Below are positions 26,786 through 34,296 of a DNA stretch of 34,340 bases, piece by piece (position 1 is the first letter of the stretch; the number at the start of each line of letters is the position of its first letter). The stretch is from contig JBLGBN010000007.1 of NCBI GenBank assembly GCA_047617745.1, positions 1 to 34,340 of the forward strand, read 5' to 3'. The position numbers were made by a program, and so were the translations under genes. The notes under the pieces were generated by a model that was not told the origin of the DNA, made no database searches, and saw only the letters and a list, made by a program, of their open reading frames with translations. The DNA is from Candidatus Nanohaloarchaea archaeon (lineage in GTDB: Archaea; Nanohalarchaeota; Nanosalinia; Nanosalinales; Nanosalinaceae).

Positions 26786-27391
26786 TTACTCGAACTCTTC
26801 CACCAGTGCTTTTCTGTGCGCTGCGCCGACAAATGCCACTATATCTCCGTCGGTATCTTCTTCCAGCATTTTGAGAGACTCTGACATGTGTTTATTTCTC
26901 TGCTCCACTAGAACATCATACATCTCTGGGAACTTGAACTCCATTTCAAACAGTAATTGATCTATTAGCTCTTCCTCCGGTATTTCGTTCGCGATCTCAA
27001 AGCTGCCAGGGAATATCAGCCCGACCAATAACTGGGCTCCGGCTTTAAGTTTCTCCCAGAAGCTGACGTCTTTCAGTTTGTTGATGGTGATACGGATATC
27101 CTGATCGATTAAAGCAACGTCAATATCGTTTTTCTCTGCGGTCTGATAGGCTAGAAGCATCTCTTCTCCAGGCATTACTCCTGTTTTCTCACCTATCGAT
27201 TTCTGGAAGTACTGGAGCACCTGGACAAAAAGTGGGCCTCCACGGTTCTCCTGTTGTCCATTCAGCAGGGAATTCAACCTTAGGGGATCTAACTCTAGAG
27301 CTACAACTTCCGGGTCAATTTCCTCAATTTTTTCTTCTACAAGGTCCAGACTCTCCTGTGAGACGTGAGAGGTTCCAAAGATATGTATCAA
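26786..27391 (-). CDS. TraB/PrgY/GumN family protein (soluble domain only)
   Basis: GTSHVS, VALELD..R, GEEM, LIDQDI, EQRN, VGAAH; TTG start with GTGA SD. Confidence 0.85.
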   Translation of the reverse strand: MIHIFGTSHVSQESLDLVEEKIEEIDPEVVALELDPLRLNSLLNGQQENRGGPLFVQVLQYFQKSIGEKTGVMPGEEMLLAYQTAEKNDIDVALIDQDIRITINKLKDVSFWEKLKAGAQLLVGLIFPGSFEIANEIPEEELIDQLLFEMEFKFPEMYDVLVEQRNKHMSESLKMLEEDTDGDIVAFVGAAHRKALVEEFE

Positions 27392-27500
27392 CTTAGATCA
27401 CAGATTTATTTTGCTCCCAAATGATGTAAAATAAACTGTGGAAGGATATGTGAAAGAGCAGTGTTGAACTGATTTTTATTTGAAAAGTCGGAAAAACAGT

Positions 27501-27760
27501 GGTTCCCAGCGGTGGACGCCTGAGACGCTCCAGGGAATCCCTCACCGATCTCAGATCCGCCACCCTCCGAACAGCCTACACACTGCTTAGGGCTGCTCCC
27601 GTCAAGGCCTGACCCGGTTCACAACGTGCAGACTCCCGGAGGACGGATCATCAACAACCGGACAAGGGGCTGAAGCGAAACAGAACGCCGCCCACTGGTT
27701 GACGGCTCCGGCATCACGAGGATTTCCGGAAAGAGGCGACCCCAAACCGCCCAGCCTACC
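27501..27760 (-). ncRNA. ffs: Signal recognition particle (7S) RNA
   Basis: Minus strand has helix 8 GAACCGGGTCAGGCCT-TGAC-GGGAGCAGCCCTAAG, an archaeal-type 5' end GGTAGGCTGGGCGG and long helix 5 complementarity (e.g. GATCCGTC-CTCCGG / TCGGAG..GGCGGATC). GC-rich island followed by a T-tract. Ends approximate. Confidence 0.93.
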
Positions 27761-27816
27761 AAGAATGGATACGAGTCAAAACCTAAAAAAGGTATCTAAA
27801 ACTAAAATTTCAGGCT

Positions 27817-27987
27817 CTAATTATAATCTTTAGCTATTTCTTCCGTCCGCATCCACAGGTTGCTGGATGCTACCATGAACACTGATAGGTATGAGAGGGT
27901 TCGTAGCGGTGAGTCTGCGAGCTCCACGGTCATGAACGTGGATAGCGCGACCAGGAACATCTTGAATGAGTCTAGTGTTTTCAGCAT
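27817..27987 (-). CDS. Small hydrophobic protein (56 aa), absent from the ORF track
   Basis: MLKTLDSFKMFLVALSTFMTVELADSPLRTLSYLSVFMVASSNLWMRTEEIAKDYN; GTGA SD-like element at the same spacing as before 16924; TATATTTAAA upstream (~28070-28079). Confidence 0.55.
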   Translation of the reverse strand: MLKTLDSFKMFLVALSTFMTVELADSPLRTLSYLSVFMVASSNLWMRTEEIAKDYN

Positions 27988-28119
27988 TTGAGTCACGTTA
28001 ATAGTCTGAGTTGTTTCTTGAGCTCCGCTGAGTTTGTTTCAGGCTCTATAACGGGATTAGACGGAAAGCTTTAAATATAAGACGATGGTTTCTGGCCCTG
28101 TATTTCTGCTCTACAGGCT

Positions 28120-28509
28120 CTAAAGCCTTGTTTTTCTGGCTAAACTGTCAACTGTTTTTCTAGGCATTATTCCGGCGCCTATAACTAAACTCATTATTAA
28201 CCAGTAAAGAACGGATAGGCCGAATTCTAAGATTTCTAGGTTAAAGAATATTGTTCCAAAAACTGCTGAAAAAGCCATAGAAGTTATAAGAGCCACAGAT
28301 ATTATGATTCTACTCTCTAGGATCCCATTTGAGAGTAAAAAATAATGTAAAGAGCCAAAAACAACAAATAAGAGCAGACTGTTTCCTAATAACCCGTTTA
28401 CCTGCTGAGGATTAAGTGCGACTAATAGGGTTGTAATTAGGAAGAGAAGTTCTAGAAATCTCAGCTTGAATTTTAGATCCTTCTCCCAAGAGAGATGAAG
28501 ATGCGTCAT
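28120..28509 (-). CDS. Four-TM membrane protein, unknown function
   Basis: 129-aa hydrophobic ORF, visibly more AT-rich than its neighbours; 10 nt downstream of the MBL-fold gene. Confidence 0.65.
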   Translation of the reverse strand: MTHLHLSWEKDLKFKLRFLELLFLITTLLVALNPQQVNGLLGNSLLLFVVFGSLHYFLLSNGILESRIIISVALITSMAFSAVFGTIFFNLEILEFGLSVLYWLIMSLVIGAGIMPRKTVDSLARKTRL

Positions 28510-28519
28510 TCAAATATCC

Positions 28520-29329
28520 CTAGATCTCGAATTCCATTCCCTGTTCGGCGACTTTAAACCCTCTGTCTTCGAGTTCTTCCCGTTCTTCGCTGTCTTCTCT
28601 GTAGACAGGGTTGGTGTGGTTGAGGTGTGTAAAGTATATTTCGGTGTCTACATCCTTCATCTCGTCCATGGTGGTTGTGATGGTTGGGTGCGGGACCTCG
28701 TTGTATCTCTCGATCTCGTCAGCGCTCCAGAATGTTCCGTCAAGGATAGCTACATCAGCTTCTTTGACTTTTTCGATTATCTTGTGGCTCCATTCGTGGA
28801 TATCGCTTATGTAGAAAAGTTTCCGGTCTTCTCCGTGAATCATGAAACAGAAGTTGTCTGTCTCGACCTGCGGATGCTCTGTTTCGATTATCTCCACATA
28901 TCCGTTCATCAGGTCCTGTTCATCGCCGTCTTCTATCTCTGTGACCTCTATGTTGCCGCGATCCTTCAGGAACCGATAAGGGTCGTTCTTCTCCAGGAAG
29001 TCGTTGTTTTTCTTGGAGGTGTACACAGGGATTCCTTCGTAGTCGTAGGACTCTTTACCGAGGAATAGCAGCCCTGTCATATGCCCCAGTCCTTCGTGGG
29101 ATAGGAAGATTCCGTCAATATAATCGCCTTTGATCTGGTACCGGATGTCCGGTGTGGCATCGATCAGGTATTTTGCGTTGGAGTTGTCTCCTTCACCTTC
29201 CTTTAACATCAGGGAGGATATTCTCTTGCTTTTGCCTGGATCTTGTCGGGCGGTTTCACATACCTCACATTCACATCCGAGGTGTGGTACTCCTCCGTCC
29301 TGCGCGTTTCCAAGTACTTCTACTTTCAT
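28520..29329 (-). CDS. Metallo-beta-lactamase fold hydrolase, PqqB/PhnP-like
   Basis: MKVEVLGNAQDGGVPHLGCECEVC, LIDATPD, LSHEGLGH, LDGTFW, FTHLNHTNP; ATG 29329 matches the family N-terminus. Confidence 0.85.
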   Translation of the reverse strand: MKVEVLGNAQDGGVPHLGCECEVCETARQDPGKSKRISSLMLKEGEGDNSNAKYLIDATPDIRYQIKGDYIDGIFLSHEGLGHMTGLLFLGKESYDYEGIPVYTSKKNNDFLEKNDPYRFLKDRGNIEVTEIEDGDEQDLMNGYVEIIETEHPQVETDNFCFMIHGEDRKLFYISDIHEWSHKIIEKVKEADVAILDGTFWSADEIERYNEVPHPTITTTMDEMKDVDTEIYFTHLNHTNPVYREDSEEREELEDRGFKVAEQGMEFEI

Positions 29330-29396
29330 TACTTTCAGACCCCTTATCGATCTATCCGTCGTGAATAATATAAGGCTTACTCGGAGAATCTGTTCC

Positions 29397-29477
29397 ATGG
29401 ACGAAGAAGATAGCTCTGTTAGCGGCTCTGAGACGGAAGAGAGCGGCTGCGGCTGTGAAGATTGCGGTTGTCGGTAA
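29397..29477 (+). CDS. Putative 26-aa acidic Cys-rich peptide
   Basis: MDEEDSSVSGSETEESGCGCEDCGCR; TATA-like AATAATATAA (~29364-29373) and GGAG upstream; T-tract after the stop; halophile-like acidic composition. Confidence 0.6.
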   Translation: MDEEDSSVSGSETEESGCGCEDCGCR

Positions 29478-29507
29478 TTTTTGCGTTAGATCCCTAATTC
29501 TATTTTT

Positions 29508-29578
29508 GCCGGGTTGGCAGAGGAGCTATGCATCGGCCTGCAAAGCCGACTACCAGGGTGCAAATCCCTGACCCGGCT
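29508..29578 (+). tRNA. tRNA-Cys (GCA), intronless, CCA not encoded
   Basis: Acceptor GCCGGGT/ACCCGGC, anticodon arm TCGGC-CTGCAAA-GCCGA, T arm CAGGG-TGCAAAT-CCCTG, U73 discriminator. Confidence 0.96.
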
Positions 29579-29622
29579 TTGTACCCAAAAACTGTTTAAG
29601 GTTCTTACCCAAATGTTAATGT

Positions 29623-29868
29623 ATGTCTAGACTGATGAAAGCCGGTATAGGTATCGGGGTTCTCGGCGCTTTGGGGCTTATTGCAGGTTTCTCGATGCTT
29701 GATGGCTGTTCAACGGCTACAGGTACAATCGGCCAGGTTCTGTCTGATGAAATGCAGCAGAGGTGCAGTAATGGTATGCTTCTGAGAAATGTGGGCGGAG
29801 GAACGCTTGTAGTTGGACTTGGACTTCTTGGCTATGGATATATTGATGAGAGATTTGCCGGTGAGTAA
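29623..29868 (+). CDS. Small two-TM protein with a Cys pair in the loop
   Basis: Gly-rich hydrophobic helices at both ends; TTTAAG TATA-like element about 25 nt upstream. Confidence 0.65.
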   Translation: MSRLMKAGIGIGVLGALGLIAGFSMLDGCSTATGTIGQVLSDEMQQRCSNGMLLRNVGGGTLVVGLGLLGYGYIDERFAGE

Positions 29869-29873
29869 CTGAA

Positions 29874-30368
29874 ATGCCTTCCGTGTTTGTTTATGGAAGT
29901 CTTCTGAATACTGAGGAACTGAAATCTCAGTTCGGAGGATCCGTGGAAACCTGTAAAGCAGTTCTCAACGGTTTTAAACGCCACTACGGCCAGCTTTCGG
30001 ATGTCAGGACAGATGAAAATGGCGATTACGGAAATGTTCTTACAGTAACCAGAAAAGAAGGTTTCTCCTGTAACGGTATTCTTGTATCCGGTGTATCTGA
30101 TGAAAAACTGGCAGAGTTGAGGGAAAGAGAATCAGGTTACAGACTGGAAAGAATGACCTCTGGCAGGGTTGAAACCTATAGAGAAGATATTGAGGCGGGG
30201 TCATTTCTTGTTTCTATCGGTGAAAAAGAAACCACGAACTGGAATCCTTTAAACGAGTACATGGAAACATGTGAGAAAGGTGCGAGAGCCCGAGGTGAGA
30301 AGTTCCATCAGGTTTTCCGGAAGTCCACGTACAGGTTTGCTGACAGCGATATCAGACCACACCTCTAA
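29874..30368 (+). CDS. Gamma-glutamylcyclotransferase (GGCT/ChaC/AIG2-like) family protein
   Basis: VFVYGSL, A.LNGFKR, L.ERE.GY with the catalytic Glu position. Confidence 0.85.
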   Translation: MPSVFVYGSLLNTEELKSQFGGSVETCKAVLNGFKRHYGQLSDVRTDENGDYGNVLTVTRKEGFSCNGILVSGVSDEKLAELRERESGYRLERMTSGRVETYREDIEAGSFLVSIGEKETTNWNPLNEYMETCEKGARARGEKFHQVFRKSTYRFADSDIRPHL

Positions 30369-30411
30369 GTTTTTCATCTAATAAATCTTTTCTACCATAT
30401 CCTGTAATCCG

Positions 30412-30903
30412 ATGGCTGCAGAAGTTGCAACAGTGGTGCCGAGGTACGAGGATGAGTATCTGATGCTGGAGAAGGTAGCTGATAGAGATCAGACTTATCT
30501 TGAATTTCCCTGCGGTACGATAGAGAACGAAGAACGAGAGGAAGCCGCTCTAAGAGAGTTTTTCGAGGAAACCGGTCAGGTTTTTGACTCGGTTGAGAGA
30601 CTGGTGTCTTTTCCAGGTTATACTGTTGAGAAGAGCACGCTGGACTACGAGATCTATCCACACGAAGTAGTTGTTGATGAGAAATTTGAGCCACAGCTGG
30701 GAGTCGAACACATCGACTACGAATGGGTCAGTCAATCTTTCGTTTTCCGCAACCCTGAAGGCAAGGTAGGTCCGGAAAGGGATAAAGCGTTAGAGGCGGT
30801 TATGGCGACAGAGGATAGGTACTTGGAGGCCTCCTTCACAATGAAAGAGGACATACCTACAGTCGAGGAAATTTTCCGGAAATATCAGGAGGCAAATTTT
30901 TAG
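30412..30903 (+). CDS. NUDIX hydrolase
   Basis: FPCGTIENEEREEAALREFFEETG; EHIDYEWV. Confidence 0.9.
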   Translation: MAAEVATVVPRYEDEYLMLEKVADRDQTYLEFPCGTIENEEREEAALREFFEETGQVFDSVERLVSFPGYTVEKSTLDYEIYPHEVVVDEKFEPQLGVEHIDYEWVSQSFVFRNPEGKVGPERDKALEAVMATEDRYLEASFTMKEDIPTVEEIFRKYQEANF

Positions 30904-30926
30904 CTCTTCATACTTGAACAACTTCT

Positions 30927-31718
30927 ATGGAAACAGATGTCGCCCAGCTCTTAATCAGGACAGAAACTGGAGACGGATACCGATACTTCCTCGCCCGGAG
31001 AACCAGAGACGGTTACTGGGAATGGATCGGCGGTAAAGAAGAGGAAGGAGAGACAATAGAGGAAACAGCCGAAAGAGAGCTGAAAGAAGAGATACAGATA
31101 GACTGGAATGAACATAATTTCGAGATCCGGGGTTTGGCAGATTCCTATCCCAGCGAGGCCGACTCAAGCTATCTATTAAATCCTGTTCTGATAGAAGTCG
31201 ATGAGAAGACATTTGGAGAGATCTCAGAATCCGATCTTTCCAATGAACACGACCAACTAGAATGGATAGAGCTGGCAGAGTTCGGAGAATTCGAGACGCT
31301 TGGACAGTATCGGGCGCTGGAGAGACTGGATCTGATCGAAGGGTATGTAGCGCTGGCAGTGCTGGAAAACGATGGAGAATACCTTCTGGTCCAGCGCTCC
31401 GAGGAAAACACAAGCTCGGGAGAATGGGGTTTTGTGTCAGGTAAAATGGAAGAAGACGAGAATCCGGAAGAAGCAGCGAAACGAGAACTGTGGGAGGAAA
31501 CACGGGTCGATGCAGAACCTTTGGAAACCGGCGATTTCTACATTGGAAAAGGAGAACTCGGATACTGGAGGCTTTTTCCGGTGCTAATGGAGACAGATGA
31601 AACAGAAGTTGAGCTGAACTGGGAACTCAGCGACTACAAATGGGTCAACCTGGAGGAGTTAGAGGATATGAAAACTATGGAAAGAATGAAAGCAGTCGAA
31701 AAACTGGAGCTGGTATAG
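30927..31718 (+). CDS. Double-domain NUDIX hydrolase
   Basis: Two boxes: GGKEEEGETIEETAERELKEEI and SGKMEEDENPEEAAKRELWEETR. Confidence 0.92.
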   Translation: METDVAQLLIRTETGDGYRYFLARRTRDGYWEWIGGKEEEGETIEETAERELKEEIQIDWNEHNFEIRGLADSYPSEADSSYLLNPVLIEVDEKTFGEISESDLSNEHDQLEWIELAEFGEFETLGQYRALERLDLIEGYVALAVLENDGEYLLVQRSEENTSSGEWGFVSGKMEEDENPEEAAKRELWEETRVDAEPLETGDFYIGKGELGYWRLFPVLMETDETEVELNWELSDYKWVNLEELEDMKTMERMKAVEKLELV

Positions 31719-31719
31719 G

Positions 31720-32121
31720 GTGAAAGATATTATTGAGGTTGCAACCGCAGTTCCTTACGACCCTGAAAAAGATAAATTTCTGATAGCTAAAAGGACTGAA
31801 GATACAGATATCCATCCTGGTAAATGGAACTTTCCCGGCGGGAAGATAGAGGATGAAAAACCTGGGGAAGCCGTGCTGAGAGAGCTCAAAGAGGAGACAG
31901 GGCTTCTAGGAGAGATCATCCGGTCAGGCGGCAATTTTATTCTGGACACTGAAGACGGCAAGTTCGACATATATCCATTCCTTGTAACGGTAGACTCCGA
32001 ACCTGATCTGAATCCGGAACACACAGATTATAGGTGGATTAAGCCAGAAGAGCTTGATGAACTGGAAACAGTTAAAGGCCTGAAGAAGGATTTGAAACAT
32101 GTAGGTGTAACAGATGAGTAA
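31720..32121 (+). CDS. NUDIX hydrolase
   Basis: GKWNFPGGKIEDEKPGEAVLRELKEETG; LNPEHTDYRW; GTG start. Confidence 0.92.
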   Translation: MKDIIEVATAVPYDPEKDKFLIAKRTEDTDIHPGKWNFPGGKIEDEKPGEAVLRELKEETGLLGEIIRSGGNFILDTEDGKFDIYPFLVTVDSEPDLNPEHTDYRWIKPEELDELETVKGLKKDLKHVGVTDE

Positions 32122-32560
32122 AGATGAATTCCGGACAGTGGTTAAAGCGCTGATAACTCATAAAGGCGATATACTGATAGGCCAGAAAGAAGATGATGAA
32201 GACCATGAAATTGGCGGCAAATGGCATGTTTTAGGAGGTCATTTAGAGAAAGGTGAACAGGTTGAAGAAGCGATGGAGAGAGAAGTGAAGGAAGAAACCG
32301 GACTAGAAGTCAATGTACACCAGATAGTTGACACTTCCACATTCTCCTGTGGTGACGGCGAGAAAGACAGCCTGCAGATATTTTTCCACTGCGAAGCAGA
32401 TTCCCGGAAAGCTGAGGCAGAAGACGATCTCCAGGATCTGAAATGGGTTGAACCAGATGAATTAGTAGAAGAAGTGCATGAAGACGAAACAGAGAGATTG
32501 AAGAAAAGAGACTCTATCCAAAACTTTATTGAAAAACTGAAAAAGATGCCTGTGGTCTAG
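32114..32560 (+). CDS. NUDIX hydrolase
   Basis: GGHLEKGEQVEEAMEREVKEETGL canonical box. Confidence 0.92.
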   Translation: MSKDEFRTVVKALITHKGDILIGQKEDDEDHEIGGKWHVLGGHLEKGEQVEEAMEREVKEETGLEVNVHQIVDTSTFSCGDGEKDSLQIFFHCEADSRKAEAEDDLQDLKWVEPDELVEEVHEDETERLKKRDSIQNFIEKLKKMPVV

Positions 32561-32566
32561 TATAGT

Positions 32567-34057
32567 ATGACGCTCAAACTGTTCAACACCCTGACCCGCG
32601 AGAAAGAAGAATTTGAACCGATCGAAGAGGGAAAGGTAAAGTTCTACTCCTGCGGCCAGACCATCTACGACGATCTACACATCGGAAACGCAAGGCCCTA
32701 CGCGGTTTGGGACACTCTGAGACGCTACCTGGAATGGAAAGGCTACAATGTACGGCATGTCCAGAATATAACTGATGTCGGGCACCTAACAGATGACGGT
32801 GATCAGGGGGAGGACAAGGTGGAGAAAAGGGCAAACGAGCTCGGTATGGAGCCGATGGAGCTGGTGGAGGACCAGATCGAGCGGTACTTCGAAGATACCG
32901 AAGCGATAAACGTTGAACGGCATGATATTGTTCCACGTGCGACCGGCCACATTAACGAGATGATCAACTACGTCCAGAAGATAATAGACAACGGTTTCGC
33001 GTACGAGGCTGACGGCAACATCTACTTCGACATGGAAAAATTTGTCGAAGCGGATTTCGAGGATGTTGACGGAGAGATTTACAGATACGGAAGAATGGCT
33101 AAAAAGGATATTGAACAGTTGAAGGAAGAGGCCGAATCCCGGGTAGAACCTGATAGTAAAAAGAAGAACCAGTACGACTTCGCGCTCTGGTTAAACGCGG
33201 AAGGAACCGGCCACCTGATGAAATGGGATGCAGATTTCGAAGTAGATGGAGAAAGAATCAAGTCGACAGGATACCCTGGCTGGCACCTTGAGTGCTCGGT
33301 TATGGGGCAGAAATATCTCGGCGAAGAGTTTGATATACACGCTGGCGGAAAGGATCACATCTTCCCGCACCATCCGAACGAGCGGGCGCAGTGCTTCGCA
33401 GCAACCGGAGAAGGACAGGCACGGTACTGGCTCCACAACGAGTTCATAAATATCGAAGGAGAGAAAATGTCGAAATCGGAAGGTAACTTCTACACAGTCC
33501 GGGATTTACTTGAAGACGGATACTCCGGCGATGCCATAAGACTGTACCTGATCTCCTCACATTACCGCTCCGAGACCGACTTCTCAAAGGAAGGACTGGA
33601 GAAAGCGGAGAAGGAGTTAAAGAGAGTGCGGAGGACGGTTAAGAAGATCGGTTACTCCGAGAATCCTGAAGGAAAACACAGCTTCGGAGAACAGGGAGAG
33701 TTTGAAGGCCTCGTCGGAAAATTCGAGGAAGCGATGGACGACGATCTGAATACTGCTAAAGCAAAACAGGTCCTGATGAGCGCGGTTTCAGATGCCAACG
33801 AAATAATGGATAAAGGTGAGGAGCCTGCTGTCGATTACAGCAACGCACTGATTGAGCTTTTCGGAATCTTGGGTATAGATGTACGACCTCAAGAAGATGA
33901 GGCTGAATCCGAAATGACGGATCTACTGCTCGATATCAGGGAAGAAGCCCGTGAAAGAGAAGATTACGAAACCTCAGACTTCATTAGAGATAGATTAGAG
34001 GAAATCGGCTTTGAGATAGAGGATACGGGCGACGGAGCGAAGTGGTTCAAGAAGTAG
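32567..34057 (+). CDS. cysS: Cysteine--tRNA ligase
   Basis: YSCGQT, HIGN, NITDVGH, DFALW, PGWHLECS, FPHHPNE, KMSKS, SHYR, DDLNT, SDFIRD. Confidence 0.98.
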   Translation: MTLKLFNTLTREKEEFEPIEEGKVKFYSCGQTIYDDLHIGNARPYAVWDTLRRYLEWKGYNVRHVQNITDVGHLTDDGDQGEDKVEKRANELGMEPMELVEDQIERYFEDTEAINVERHDIVPRATGHINEMINYVQKIIDNGFAYEADGNIYFDMEKFVEADFEDVDGEIYRYGRMAKKDIEQLKEEAESRVEPDSKKKNQYDFALWLNAEGTGHLMKWDADFEVDGERIKSTGYPGWHLECSVMGQKYLGEEFDIHAGGKDHIFPHHPNERAQCFAATGEGQARYWLHNEFINIEGEKMSKSEGNFYTVRDLLEDGYSGDAIRLYLISSHYRSETDFSKEGLEKAEKELKRVRRTVKKIGYSENPEGKHSFGEQGEFEGLVGKFEEAMDDDLNTAKAKQVLMSAVSDANEIMDKGEEPAVDYSNALIELFGILGIDVRPQEDEAESEMTDLLLDIREEAREREDYETSDFIRDRLEEIGFEIEDTGDGAKWFKK

Positions 34058-34104
34058 AATTTTACTGCTGAAAAATAAGTAGTGAGAAAAATGTTAAGTC
34101 GAGT

Positions 34105-34251
34105 CTATTCGACTCCTTTCTCTTCCAGTTCTTTCTTTTTCTGCTGTTTTCTGTCTGCCTGTTCTTCGAAGATTTCTTTGGCTCTGTCGTCTGAGATTCC
34201 AAGCATTTCCTTGGCTTTCTGTTTCTGTTTTTCAGCGTCTTCTCGTGCCAT
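34105..34251 (-). CDS. Small charged helical protein (48 aa), absent from the ORF track
   Basis: MAREDAEKQKQKAKEMLGISDDRAKEIFEEQADRKQQKKKELEEKGVE; TTTAAATA about 25 nt upstream; T-tracts downstream. Confidence 0.65.
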   Translation of the reverse strand: MAREDAEKQKQKAKEMLGISDDRAKEIFEEQADRKQQKKKELEEKGVE

Positions 34252-34296
34252 TGTACCAAACAATTAGGCTGTCGTATTTAAACAGGTTTGGATTTT

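Noticed and set aside
26786..27391. Conjugation system implied by the name TraB
   Set aside because: The TraB/PrgY/GumN family is common in archaeal chromosomes; no relaxase or conjugative T4SS genes are present.
27400..28120. CRISPR array or RNase P RNA in the long ORF-free gap
   Set aside because: No regularly spaced repeats; the GC-rich part carries the SRP helix 8 signature and the rest holds a small ORF.
29397..29477. PqqA precursor next to the PqqB-like gene
   Set aside because: The peptide has no Tyr, so no E-x-x-x-Y motif, and no other pqq genes are present.
29508..32560. Integrated element at tRNA-Cys
   Set aside because: No integrase and no duplicated tRNA 3' end seen downstream within the window.
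32567..34057. CysRS motif variants (CGQT, HHPNE) and short insertions
   Set aside because: Zinc ligands and HIGN/KMSKS are intact; ordinary divergence.
34062..34267. ORF-track entries 34062..34259 (-) and 34082..34267 (+)
   Set aside because: Wrong frame or antisense; the 34105..34251 frame has better composition and promoter spacing.
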